From positions 18,210-82,209 of the IMG/VR virus record IMGVR_UViG_3300025410_000016: DNA of 64,000 bases; one strand, written 5' to 3'. Made by a program: the position numbers and the translations under genes. The number at the start of each line of letters is the position of its first letter. The first letter of the stretch is position 1. The notes under the pieces were generated by a model, which worked only from the letters and a program-made list of their open reading frames with translations, was not told the DNA's origin and made no database searches. Shown piece after piece: positions 18,813 through 28,752 of this stretch. The stretch is from a virus.

Positions 18813-19232
18813 GTGCCCATCACCATTGACCTCCCCGGTGGGGAGACCGCCGTCCTGCGTGACGACGCAGACATGACCAACCGTGACGTGAAGGCGCTGC
18901 GCCGTGCAGCCCGCATTGCGTCCGGCATCGTCAACCGCCTCAAGGCGTTTGGCTTCGATGAGAACGACCCCGATACTTGGACCTCCTTCGCTGAGTTGTC
19001 CGAAGAGGACGCCGAGTCGCTTGACCTGTTCCAGCGCCAGTGCGTCGTCACCCGTCTGCAGTCATGGACGCTCGGTCGTGACCTCCCGAAGACCGTGGAC
19101 GAGGTAGACGACCTGCCCCGTCCGATCTACGCCGCGATCACGGGGGCAGCGACCAAGATCAACCTCGCCGACGACTTCGGGGTTGAGAACGCTGCAAACC
19201 CTTCAGTGGCTACCGGAGACTCCGTCAACTAA
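18813..19232 (+). CDS. tail assembly chaperone (gpG-like)
   Basis: AAGGAG RBS; between tail tube and tape measure; slippery heptamer near 3' end. Confidence 0.75.
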   Translation: MPITIDLPGGETAVLRDDADMTNRDVKALRRAARIASGIVNRLKAFGFDENDPDTWTSFAELSEEDAESLDLFQRQCVVTRLQSWTLGRDLPKTVDEVDDLPRPIYAAITGAATKINLADDFGVENAANPSVATGDSVN

Positions 19233-19426
19233 AGGCGGCGCTCAAAGGTGGCCTGCTCCTAGAACCTCTGGACACTGAGACGGCGGAGTTGTACCGGGCC
19301 TACCGGTACTGCACGCTGTTCCACTGTTCGATGTCGGAGTACGAAGACCGTCCCTACTCGGAGACCTCGTGGATGCTTGAGATCGACGCGGTGTACCAAG
19401 AAGTCGTGAACTCCGAGCAGCAGTAG
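19196..19426 (+). CDS. tail chaperone -1 frameshift extension (gpGT-like C-terminus)
   Basis: A AAC CCT (X XXY YYZ) at 19196-19202; -1 frame open KPFSGYRRLRQLKAAL...WMLEIDAVYQEVVNSEQQ*. Confidence 0.75.
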   Translation, partial: KPFSGYRRLRQLKAALKGGLLLEPLDTETAELYRAYRYCTLFHCSMSEYEDRPYSETSWMLEIDAVYQEVVNSEQQ

Positions 19427-19433
19427 GAGCCCC

Positions 19434-19892
19434 GTGAAGATCAACGTCGACCTTGCGAAGTTCTCCAAGAGCATCGAAGCCCTCATCGAAGCAGTCGATG
19501 AAGGAACGCGCCTTGGAGTGGTCGACGCCATCTCACTTGTAGAGCGGGAAGCGAAGCGGAACTTCGCCGGGCAGATCTCCATCGGGCAGGCTCGACCTCC
19601 CGGTGGGGATCGCCCGTGGGCGCACAGTGAAGCACTGAAGCGTTCCATCACCCGCTTCCCCACCGTGCCCATGCAGATCGGCGTGGGGCAATACGAGCAG
19701 AAACTCGCTCCGACCATGGTCTACGCACGGCGCGTCGAACTTGGTTTTGTTGGTCGGGACAGCCTCAATCGTCTGTACAACCAACCGCCGTACCCGTACA
19801 TGAAGCCGGCGCACGAGCGTGCCTTACCCCAACTCCTCGGCATCTTCAAGTCGCATTGGTCGAGGGCAATAAGAGGGAACCAACATGGCTGA
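19434..19892 (+). CDS. HK97 gp10-like neck/tail protein
   Basis: LKRSI...YARRVELG...PYPYMKPA motifs. Confidence 0.7.
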   Translation: MKINVDLAKFSKSIEALIEAVDEGTRLGVVDAISLVEREAKRNFAGQISIGQARPPGGDRPWAHSEALKRSITRFPTVPMQIGVGQYEQKLAPTMVYARRVELGFVGRDSLNRLYNQPPYPYMKPAHERALPQLLGIFKSHWSRAIRGNQHG

Positions 19893-22800
19893 GATCCTTG
19901 AACCAGTAGTCGTCTCCATTGCGGGCAACACCACTGAGTTCATCGCGTCTCTGGTCGAGGCGCAGCGTCAAGCAGAAGAGTTCGCCAAGAAGACGGACAG
20001 CATCGGTGGGACCGGTGGGCTTGGGAACCTTGGCGCAGGTGCGGCGGCAGACACCGAGAAGATTGTCAAGAACGCAGAGCAAGAAGGCTCGCGGGCTGGC
20101 ATAGGGTTTGGCTCGCACATGATGAGTGGGCTGGAGAAGTCCCTCTCCATGCTTGGAAGTTTTGGTCTTCCCCTCGGACCGTTGCAAGAAGGTCTTCGTA
20201 AGACGAGTGACGCCGCCCACGGCACCGCCAAGGAAGCCACCGGCCTGTTCGACACGTTGGCGGGGTACGGCAAGGTCGCTGCCATTGGGCTTGGGGCGAC
20301 GTTCGCCGCTGCGGCTGGTGAGGGCATCCACCTCTCCATTTCCTTGCAGAACGAGTCTGCGACCCTAGCGGCCAACGCCAACATCTCGGTCGCCCAGGCG
20401 ACCAAGATCTCCAATGCGTTCTTGGACACCGCCGGCACCGCCGAGTACTCCGCCCAAGAGATGACCACGGCGTTCGCCGGGGTTGCTGGTCAGTTGGCGG
20501 CGACGAAGGGTAGTGCGCTCACCACTGCTCAGTCCGTCCACTTCATGCGGCAGTCCATGGAACTCGCCACGGCGACCGGGACCAGTCTCAACACCGCTAC
20601 GAAGACCATGGCGGACACCTTGCAGGCGTTCCAGTTGAACGCTTCGCAAGCCGGTCATGTCGCTGACATCTTGACCGTTTCTTCGCATATGACCGGTCAG
20701 AGTATCGGCGGCGTTGAAAAGTCATTGACAAGAGTTCGCTCGTCCCTTGGTTCGGTGTCTCCCCCAATTGGGCAACTCGCCAGTCTTTTGGTTGACATGA
20801 CCAAGCACGGCGAAAGCGGCCGTAAGGCCATGGCTACCCTGCAGACCACGTTCACGTCGTTCCTCAAGCCGGCGCAGCAAGTGGCGAAGGCACAAGATCA
20901 GTTGAAGGTAGGTCTCCAAGACCTGCCTCCGCATCTGCGCGCCCTGGCAGCGGAGTATGAGAAGGGCAACGTCCAAGCCTCGGTGATTTCAAAGGCGACC
21001 AAGGGTCTTACCATCGGACAAGCCGCATTGTGGGGGCAGTTCAAGAAGGGTGCCGACGCCGTCAGGTTGTCGAACAGTTCTCTGCAGATGATGGGTGTTC
21101 AGGCGCTCGACTCTCACGGCAAGTTGAAGCCGCTAGAGAACATCATTGGCCAACTGCACAACCGCATCAAGGGACTTGGCCCGGCCCAGGCCGCTGCGAC
21201 GTTGAGCGCGATGGGCTTTGGCTCGGGTGCTGCGAAGATGGTCCCGGTTATTGAAGCCGGGGTGAAGGCGTACAAAGACACCGTCACTCAGGTGACTCAT
21301 GTTGGTTCTGCACATGAAGCCGCTGCCAAGCGCAGTCAGTCGCTCCAAGTGCAGTTCATGATCATGAAGGCTGCCGTCGAGGACCTGTTGACCAAGTTGG
21401 GTCAAGCGCTCATGCCGGTCATCCACGCGGTCGTTGGTGCGTTTGCCAAGGTCATTGGTGTTGTCGTGCGTTGCAAGCCGCTGCTCATTGGACTTGCAGT
21501 GGTGGTTGGTGGGATCTTGACCGCGACCATCGGTGCGTTTGCCATCCGTGGACTCGGCAAGTTGATTGCGATGCTGTCTGAGGCCGGCGGGTCGGTCATG
21601 AAGTTTGGCCGCAAGATCCATGATCTCGTTCCACCGATTAGTGCTGCCAAGCGTGCCGAGGAGGAGCACGCTGCAGTGGCGCGTGAGACTTCTCAGAAAA
21701 TGCAGAACTACGCTAAGGCTCTGACCAATTCGGTTGAGTACAACACCGAGCAACAGACTCGGGAGTTGGAGTCGTTGGCTGAGGCTTCTGGCAACACTGA
21801 GCGGGTCTGGCAATCGTCGATGGCTGGGATTGCTGAAGCCTACGGTGCTGCCACCGACGAGGTTGCTGCTGGCACTTCGGCTATGGAAGGGTCGATGGAC
21901 AGCGTCATGGCGACCGCCGAGGCAGACGGTCCTGCTACCGGGTTGGCACTCGACTCCATGCTTGGCCCCATCGGTCTCCTCATCCCGATCATCATGCTCG
22001 TGGCGACGCACTGGAAAGAAATCTGGGGCGTCATCAAGAAGGTTGCCGTAACGGTGTGGCATGTTCTTGATGGTGTGTGGGAAGGGATCAAACATGCCGT
22101 CATTACTGCGTTCGAGTTCATCAAGCACCACCTGAAGATCATCATCGAGGCCATCGTGGCGATCATCTTGGGTCCGATTGGCATTTTGGTCATCTTGCTC
22201 GTCACGCACTGGAAGCAGGTAAAGAAAGATGCCATCGAAGCATGGAACTGGCTGCTCAACTTCTTCAAGGAGATCCCCGGCAAGATCATTGGCTTCTTCT
22301 CCTCTGCGCTCAAGTGGCTTGAGAAGGCTGGCAAGTGGATCTTGCAAGGATTGTGGACCGGTCTCAAGATTGAGTGGCGCATCGTAGAGTTCTTCTGGGT
22401 CCAACTGCCGTTGAAGATTCTTGGATACTTGGCAAGCGCTGGGCAATGGCTCTATCACACTGGCCTCGACATCATCAAGGGTCTTTGGCACGGCATTGTT
22501 ACTGCGGCGAAGGATGTGTGGAACTTCTACACCAGCATCAATTCCAAGATCCTTGGTTTCTTTGTAAACGCCGGCAAATGGTTGATCAATGTCGGCATCG
22601 ACATCATCAAGGGTCTGGCAAATGGAATTGGTAAGGGTGCCAAGTTTGTTTGGGATGGGGTAAAGAACATCGGGGGAGGAATCCTTCATACCTTTACGAG
22701 TTTCTTTCACATCTCGTCACCCTCACGGCTCATGAGTGTCCACGGCCTCTACCTCATGCAAGGTCTTGCTAACGGCATCGAAGAGAACTTGAATGAAGTG

Positions 22801-23289
22801 CAAGGCTCTTTGTACCGCGTCACTCATTTGTTCACTGCATTCCAAAACAGTCTGCTGTCGCTGTTCGGTACGGCGAGTACGTGGCTCACCAAGGCCGGCC
22901 ACGATATTACCTACGGGCTGGTGAATGGGTTGACCTCTGGGATGGCGGCGGTCATGCAAGCCATGTTGCACCTGCGAGCCATGATGTCGTCAAACGCTTC
23001 AACGCTTGCACAATCGTTTACCGCATCATTACAAACGTCATTGCAAACGTCGCTGTCGTCGATGTCGCTCAATGTGGCAACTCCCGCGGCAGTGCCCGCA
23101 GGTGGTGGATCTTCGACCGTGTTGTACGTCACTTCCCCAATCAGCATCGACGGCCGTACCGTGGCCCAAGTGGTGACGAAGTACCAATTGAAGGACGCCC
23201 GAGGCACGGGGTCGGTGTATGGACGTTACGCAGGTGGTAACCAAACCGGGCTTTCGACCGGTACGAACGTCAACGGTATTTCCCGCTAA
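19885..23289 (+). CDS. tape measure protein
   Basis: 1,134 aa, Ala-rich helical, W/F-spaced repeats, FHISSPSR motif. Confidence 0.92.
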   Translation: MAEILEPVVVSIAGNTTEFIASLVEAQRQAEEFAKKTDSIGGTGGLGNLGAGAAADTEKIVKNAEQEGSRAGIGFGSHMMSGLEKSLSMLGSFGLPLGPLQEGLRKTSDAAHGTAKEATGLFDTLAGYGKVAAIGLGATFAAAAGEGIHLSISLQNESATLAANANISVAQATKISNAFLDTAGTAEYSAQEMTTAFAGVAGQLAATKGSALTTAQSVHFMRQSMELATATGTSLNTATKTMADTLQAFQLNASQAGHVADILTVSSHMTGQSIGGVEKSLTRVRSSLGSVSPPIGQLASLLVDMTKHGESGRKAMATLQTTFTSFLKPAQQVAKAQDQLKVGLQDLPPHLRALAAEYEKGNVQASVISKATKGLTIGQAALWGQFKKGADAVRLSNSSLQMMGVQALDSHGKLKPLENIIGQLHNRIKGLGPAQAAATLSAMGFGSGAAKMVPVIEAGVKAYKDTVTQVTHVGSAHEAAAKRSQSLQVQFMIMKAAVEDLLTKLGQALMPVIHAVVGAFAKVIGVVVRCKPLLIGLAVVVGGILTATIGAFAIRGLGKLIAMLSEAGGSVMKFGRKIHDLVPPISAAKRAEEEHAAVARETSQKMQNYAKALTNSVEYNTEQQTRELESLAEASGNTERVWQSSMAGIAEAYGAATDEVAAGTSAMEGSMDSVMATAEADGPATGLALDSMLGPIGLLIPIIMLVATHWKEIWGVIKKVAVTVWHVLDGVWEGIKHAVITAFEFIKHHLKIIIEAIVAIILGPIGILVILLVTHWKQVKKDAIEAWNWLLNFFKEIPGKIIGFFSSALKWLEKAGKWILQGLWTGLKIEWRIVEFFWVQLPLKILGYLASAGQWLYHTGLDIIKGLWHGIVTAAKDVWNFYTSINSKILGFFVNAGKWLINVGIDIIKGLANGIGKGAKFVWDGVKNIGGGILHTFTSFFHISSPSRLMSVHGLYLMQGLANGIEENLNEVQGSLYRVTHLFTAFQNSLLSLFGTASTWLTKAGHDITYGLVNGLTSGMAAVMQAMLHLRAMMSSNASTLAQSFTASLQTSLQTSLSSMSLNVATPAAVPAGGGSSTVLYVTSPISIDGRTVAQVVTKYQLKDARGTGSVYGRYAGGNQTGLSTGTNVNGISR

Positions 23290-23304
23290 TCAAAGGCAAG
23301 GGAC

Positions 23305-26300
23305 ATGACTATTTCAGCCGTACAAAACGTCAATGCTTTGGGCGGTGCATCGGTTTCTACCATTGCTGCGACCTTGCCTTCTCCAACCGGATCCGGCAAT
23401 ACACTGATCGCTACTATTGCTTGCCAGTACGGCTTGAGCGTGGCGAGCATTGTTGATACTGCAGGCAACCCTTGGATCAGGGCGGCGGTCGCATCTGGTA
23501 CTGGTGCGTCGGTTGGTCAATCTATTGGTTTCCCAACGACGACGAGTAGTTCGCCCGTCAATCTGCCAATTGCAGGTTACGGGACCTCGATGGCTGTTTT
23601 GAACCCTGCGGTGTTTTCTGCTTCCGGTGGAAGTGGATTCGTTGGTATCAGTGGAAGCGTTTTTGCGATTACGTACACGGGCATTAGTGGCAATTCGCTG
23701 CTCAATGTGAATTGCACCGTAGCACTTACAGCCCCGGCGTACTCACCTGTTGGCGTGTCGTTGCCCGGTACTGGCAACTATTGTGAAATCTGGTACAGCC
23801 GTGGAGTGAAGTCTGCGAGTACCACCGCATCGGTTACGTTTTCTGGGCCTCTTACTGCTGGCGCAGTCAACATTGCTGAGTTCAATGGGATTTGGTATGT
23901 CGATCCTCTTGACCAAACTGGTGCAACGTTTACCAATTACAACTACAGCGCTGGTGCTTCTGTCGGTGCGACCAGTGCATCGATGTCACCAAGGACAAAC
24001 GGTGAGTTGGTCGTAAGCGTTATCGCAAACGATCAACGTGCTGCTGCCCCCGCTGGTTATTCGTCACTCCCCTTGAGCACCTACAGCGGGTGGAACGCTG
24101 CGTACTCAATTTTGAGTGGTTCGGCTACCGTTGCCCCGACGTGGCAACTCACGACGGCTTCTAGCGTCCAGCGTTGGGCAATCGCCACGGCAACGTTTGT
24201 CTCCGGTGCGGTTGGCCTCAATCCACGTTTGCAATTCCCCGAGACTCTGGTCCAGATCTCTACGCAGTCTGATTACCTTGCCCCACTCAAGGGTTACGGA
24301 GTGTGGAGAAACATCTCGTCGTACTTGCGGAGCGCCACTCTTGGTCCGCTTGGCCGGCAACATGAACTTGACCGGGTCCAAGCCTCACAAGGTCAGTTCG
24401 TCTTCGACAACCGTACCGGTGTGTTCAATACGTGGAACACGAGTAGTTTCCTGTACAGCGGCGGGTACGGCCTTGAGCCTATGAATCCGATTCGCGTCGT
24501 TGCTGCGTGGAATGGAGTGACCTACCCCAAGTACTACGGCTACCTCACCGCGGTCGAACCGCAGATTGCTGACGTGCTGAACGTCGACACTAGGGTCAAT
24601 GCGAGCGACCTGTTCCAAATCATGTCGCTGAGGTACTTGGCGAGCAACAACTACTTCCAGCAGATCATGGGCGATAATCCCGTGGCGGTGTATCGCATGG
24701 GAGATCCGAACAACCAGATTGCTGTTGCTGACTCCTCTGGTAATGGGTACACCATGTCGCTTATCCCGAATGAGTCTGGCATGCCGCTCTTCGGAGACAA
24801 TGGGTTTTTGCTGTACGACGCAAACACTTCTGTTGATTTGACCGCTGGAACAAAAATCAGTAATGGCGGGATTTATGGAGTAAACCGCTACGGAGTTTCA
24901 ACTCCGAATAATCACTCGGCTTCTATCGTGACTCCTCTTGCCTCTGCGTCGGCAGGTTGGTCAGTGGAGTTATGGTACAAGTACACCGGCACGTCCGATA
25001 TGACTTCTGGTACTGCGTTATTCAAAGACGCTGTGAGTACGACCTCAGAGAGCAGCCTTGTCACTCCGCCGTCTTCTGATGGGTTTGGATTTGGCAATCT
25101 CGTTACCGGCAATAGTATTCCGACCCGCACGTTGGTTGTGGCAAATGAAGTGCCGATCAGTCAAGGGATTGCACTCTCCAACGCCGCAACGTCGACAAGT
25201 AGTAGCGATATGTTGACGTGCCTGCCGGGTTCGTACACCTTGTTCTCCGCTTCAACTGTTGGCGGGCAATTCAGTCTTCGTATTGGTTCTGCAGTTGATG
25301 GAAAGACCAACACGGTTTCTGGACCGGGATCGCCAAACGTGTATTGGGACCGATTGAGTTTCGGCGTCTACACGGCGAGTGCAAGTGGCGCAGTCAATGG
25401 TGCGGGCATATGGAATCACCAGTACTACTTGCCCTACGGCGCGACTTACAGCCAAACGTTGCTTGATGGTGCATGGCATCATGTCGTGTGTACATGGACC
25501 TCGGCGAGCGTGGTGAGCCTGTACGTCGACGGAGCGCTCGACACCGCGTTCACTTCCCCGCACTTCAATGCCGCTTACGCCACGGGCATGAACTTCGCCA
25601 CTCCTGCCCAGATTAGTTTCGGGTGCGACATGAATAACCCGAGTCTGCCCTCGCCTTCCACCCCGGCCAATGCCTTGCCGGGGAACCTCCAAGACGTTGC
25701 GCTGTACAACTACGCACTCAACGCCTCCCAAGTTGCCCAGCACTACCAAGTGGGGACGTGGTTCGCTTCATCAGAGGTGGGGGCTTCGGTTGGTCCTGCT
25801 TCAGCGGGCCGGCTCAACAAAGCCCTTGAGGTCATTGGTCTTGATCCAACGGTCGTACTCGTTTGTCCGTATCCGTTCAAGACGGTGTTGTACCCGGAAA
25901 CCAACTACACCACCACCACCTCGCACCTCAACTACCTGCAGACGATGACGCAGACAGAACCGGGACTCATCTTCCAGGGTCCTGATGGGTATGTGTATGC
26001 CCATAATCGTCAGTACCAATACTTGAACCCCACGACGGCGAGTGCTGCGTATGTGTACGGAGATGACCAGTCTTCCCAATACCACTACGACGGCAAGTCG
26101 TTGCAGATTGCTAAAGACGACCTTGATGTGTGGAACGACATCCAAGCGCAGTCGGGTCGAACGGCCAATGCGTTGACCGGCCAGACTGCTGGTGCTTTGC
26201 AAGAGTGGGGACCGGCGCAATCTGTCACGGTCTCGGTCTCTGCGATCAAGTACGGCAACCGGACCATGCAAGGCTTGACGGCGCTGCAGCAACTCTACGA

Positions 26301-26670
26301 CAGCGACGCTTTGGCATTGGCGCAAAACTACGCCGCTTGGTACAACTTGCCAATCAACCGCATCCAGCAAATTGTCCAGACCTCTGCAATGGCCGGCGGT
26401 GCCAACCTTGTGCCGATGCTCAACGCCAAACTGATTGACCGGGTGACGATTCGTTACACCGGACAGACTCCTGGTCCCACGTTCGTTCAAGACTCCGTGA
26501 TTGAATCGATCAAAGATGAGATTGCCCTTGACAATGGTCCAATGTGGACGACGACATGGGCGATGAGTCCGTATGAGATCTTGATGAACGCTATCTACCT
26601 GTACGACTTCCAAACCCCTGACGCCACGTTTACCGGTGCTTCGGTGACGACCGGCCAACTCGTTCTCTAG
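23305..26670 (+). CDS. minor tail protein with LamG/ConA-like domain
   Basis: follows TMP; DGAWHHVVCTW...LYVDG...DVALYNYALNASQVAQHY. Confidence 0.8.
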   Translation: MTISAVQNVNALGGASVSTIAATLPSPTGSGNTLIATIACQYGLSVASIVDTAGNPWIRAAVASGTGASVGQSIGFPTTTSSSPVNLPIAGYGTSMAVLNPAVFSASGGSGFVGISGSVFAITYTGISGNSLLNVNCTVALTAPAYSPVGVSLPGTGNYCEIWYSRGVKSASTTASVTFSGPLTAGAVNIAEFNGIWYVDPLDQTGATFTNYNYSAGASVGATSASMSPRTNGELVVSVIANDQRAAAPAGYSSLPLSTYSGWNAAYSILSGSATVAPTWQLTTASSVQRWAIATATFVSGAVGLNPRLQFPETLVQISTQSDYLAPLKGYGVWRNISSYLRSATLGPLGRQHELDRVQASQGQFVFDNRTGVFNTWNTSSFLYSGGYGLEPMNPIRVVAAWNGVTYPKYYGYLTAVEPQIADVLNVDTRVNASDLFQIMSLRYLASNNYFQQIMGDNPVAVYRMGDPNNQIAVADSSGNGYTMSLIPNESGMPLFGDNGFLLYDANTSVDLTAGTKISNGGIYGVNRYGVSTPNNHSASIVTPLASASAGWSVELWYKYTGTSDMTSGTALFKDAVSTTSESSLVTPPSSDGFGFGNLVTGNSIPTRTLVVANEVPISQGIALSNAATSTSSSDMLTCLPGSYTLFSASTVGGQFSLRIGSAVDGKTNTVSGPGSPNVYWDRLSFGVYTASASGAVNGAGIWNHQYYLPYGATYSQTLLDGAWHHVVCTWTSASVVSLYVDGALDTAFTSPHFNAAYATGMNFATPAQISFGCDMNNPSLPSPSTPANALPGNLQDVALYNYALNASQVAQHYQVGTWFASSEVGASVGPASAGRLNKALEVIGLDPTVVLVCPYPFKTVLYPETNYTTTTSHLNYLQTMTQTEPGLIFQGPDGYVYAHNRQYQYLNPTTASAAYVYGDDQSSQYHYDGKSLQIAKDDLDVWNDIQAQSGRTANALTGQTAGALQEWGPAQSVTVSVSAIKYGNRTMQGLTALQQLYDSDALALAQNYAAWYNLPINRIQQIVQTSAMAGGANLVPMLNAKLIDRVTIRYTGQTPGPTFVQDSVIESIKDEIALDNGPMWTTTWAMSPYEILMNAIYLYDFQTPDATFTGASVTTGQLVL

Positions 26671-26678
26671 GAGCAGAC

Positions 26679-27206
26679 ATGACCGCTTGGACCCCACTCA
26701 CTCCCCATGCTGCAGGCGAGTACATCTCGCTCAGTGATTGGAACAACGCAGTTGGGAACTTGAACTTCCTGTACGAGCGTGCTTACGCTATTGCGTACAA
26801 CTCCTCATCTGCCTCTGTTCCCACTGGTGGGACGAAGCAGGTCCCGCTCACTGCGTCCGCTCCCGGTGTCGTGAACTACGGCGCGACGGTGTCAGCAAAT
26901 AACGTGGTCGTTCCTTTCGACGGACTCTACCAAGTGTTGTTTGCCGTGAACTTCACGTCCGCTGCCGGCTCTGGCTCGAACGCCGTCTACTCCGCTGTGT
27001 ACCAAAATGGCAATCAGGTGATCTTGGGTTCTGAAGTTCCTTCTTATGTCCAAGGAGGTGCAACGACCAATGGCAGTGGATTGATTGCTTGCAGTGCCAA
27101 TGACACGATAGGTTTGTACGCATCGAACCTTTCAGGAAGCACCCTGTACACCAACAACGCGTTCACTGCGACGTTTCTGCATGTGAACTTTATGGGAGCA
27201 AACTAA
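26679..27206 (+). CDS. minor tail protein (C1q/TNF-like beta sandwich)
   Basis: VVVPFDGLYQV motif; last gene of tail block. Confidence 0.6.
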   Translation: MTAWTPLTPHAAGEYISLSDWNNAVGNLNFLYERAYAIAYNSSSASVPTGGTKQVPLTASAPGVVNYGATVSANNVVVPFDGLYQVLFAVNFTSAAGSGSNAVYSAVYQNGNQVILGSEVPSYVQGGATTNGSGLIACSANDTIGLYASNLSGSTLYTNNAFTATFLHVNFMGAN

Positions 27207-27233
27207 TTAGTCCCGACGAATGAAAGGTGCAGT

Positions 27234-28592
27234 GTGTCGAAGATTGACGAGTTGCCTCTGACCGCTGATCAACGTAGAGCGTTGGACGAAGACCTTGCCA
27301 ACGGTTTAGTACCTCATACCGCCATCTCCCGCAAAGTGGAGTCGTGGGGGTTCACTTGGAGCGAAGCGTCGGTCCGGCGATATCGGAGCAACATGGGGGT
27401 TGTGTTAGAGCAAAGCGATGATTCCGAAGAGGCAGATTGGGAAACCGCCAGCGTGGTCGTTGATGCTGACGGTGCGGATCTTTCTACCGGGGCGCTGACC
27501 AAGCCTCTTGACCTCTCGAAAGATTGGGATGCGGTACTCAGAGATTTTGGTTTGGACCCCGAGATCTTTTACGTCGTTGACGACACGGTTCGCATGTCGA
27601 AGTGGCAGCAGTCGAAGCGACTAGACAATGGCGACCGTGACGTGGTTTGGCTCTACTCCTACCGTGCCCGGTTTGCCCGTCGTAAGGCCGGCGCAGAACT
27701 TCTCGATCTTGACGCATTGACTGAGCGGGTACGGAACTGGAAGCCCAAGAAATACACTGCTACCTCTGACGATCTTCCAAGTACGTTCGTCGTTACTTGG
27801 GCCGACTGGCAGATTGGGAAGTCTGCCGGGGGCGGAGTGGAGCGCACCATTGAACGCATCCACGAGAGCATTGAGTTGAGTGTTGCACGCATTAGTGAAT
27901 TGCGAAAGATTGGTCGCAACATCGAGAAGATTGTTGTAGCCAACATGGGAGATCCGTCCGAAGGATGTGACGGCCAGTACGAAAGCCAACTCTTCTCTGT
28001 TGAATTGACTCAGCGTGCACAACTGAATCTGATCATGGACGAGTGGACCAACGGCATCATGGCTCTTGAACCCGATATGTTCTTGAGCGTGCTCTGCAAT
28101 CATGGTGAGTGGACCCGTCGTGGCCCAGGTACTCGCCCGGTCACGACTGACAGTGACAACGTAGGCGGATACTTAGCCGATACCCTGCAGCGGATCTTTG
28201 AGGGGCGTGACGGCGGGCCGAGTGAATGGGTCATCCCTCATGATGAGATGGTGCAGATGGTGAACTTGTCTGGGCTTGACGTAGCGTTCACTCACGGCCA
28301 CAAGATCCCGAGTGAATCAAGAGAGGTTGATTGGCTTCGCGGTCAGTCAATCCGGCTTCTCCGTGATTACGGACGTGAGCCTCGCCTCTGGGTCACCGCA
28401 CATCGTCACCACGTTCGAGTTGACGACTTTGGTCCGTGGTGGCGGCTGCAATGTCCTTCTCTTGACGGTGGGTCGAAGTATTTCACCGACACTACGAGTA
28501 AGTGGGCTACTCCTGGCACCCTCACTTTTCTTGCCGGCCAGCATGACCCTCGTGGGTTCTCTGACCTTGCTGTTCTTGGTTCCATCTCCTAA
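27234..28592 (+). CDS. calcineurin-like metallophosphoesterase/exonuclease
   Basis: ADWQIGK, NMGD, CNHGE, THGH, AHRHH motifs. Confidence 0.75.
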   Translation: MSKIDELPLTADQRRALDEDLANGLVPHTAISRKVESWGFTWSEASVRRYRSNMGVVLEQSDDSEEADWETASVVVDADGADLSTGALTKPLDLSKDWDAVLRDFGLDPEIFYVVDDTVRMSKWQQSKRLDNGDRDVVWLYSYRARFARRKAGAELLDLDALTERVRNWKPKKYTATSDDLPSTFVVTWADWQIGKSAGGGVERTIERIHESIELSVARISELRKIGRNIEKIVVANMGDPSEGCDGQYESQLFSVELTQRAQLNLIMDEWTNGIMALEPDMFLSVLCNHGEWTRRGPGTRPVTTDSDNVGGYLADTLQRIFEGRDGGPSEWVIPHDEMVQMVNLSGLDVAFTHGHKIPSESREVDWLRGQSIRLLRDYGREPRLWVTAHRHHVRVDDFGPWWRLQCPSLDGGSKYFTDTTSKWATPGTLTFLAGQHDPRGFSDLAVLGSIS

Positions 28593-28608
28593 CCCGTAGG
28601 GGTCTTTC

Positions 28609-28752
28609 GTGCTGTCGTACACCTGCGAGGTGTGCGGTGCGGTCTACGTTCTTCATCGTGGACCGCTCCACACCATGCCTCCTGCTCCGTCTCTTTTAGA
28701 ACTGATCGTGGTTGCCTCTAGCCACGATTGCTCAACCCGAAAGGATCAATAA
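28609..28752 (+). CDS. small Zn-binding protein (47 aa)
   Basis: GTG-start ORF VLSYTCEVCG...SHDC, stop overlaps next ATG; below ORF-track cutoff. Confidence 0.4.
   Translation: MLSYTCEVCGAVYVLHRGPLHTMPPAPSLLELIVVASSHDCSTRKDQ

Noticed and set aside
21133-22710. Long antisense ORFs (also 17578-18801, 59311-60720, 48713-49621, 1422-2471)
   Set aside because: Shadow frames of high-GC genes with clear products on the opposite strand.
8124-26670. ASV motif as a DNA-level repeat or binding site
   Set aside because: Codons for all three residues vary, including both Ser codon families, so there is no conserved nucleotide motif.
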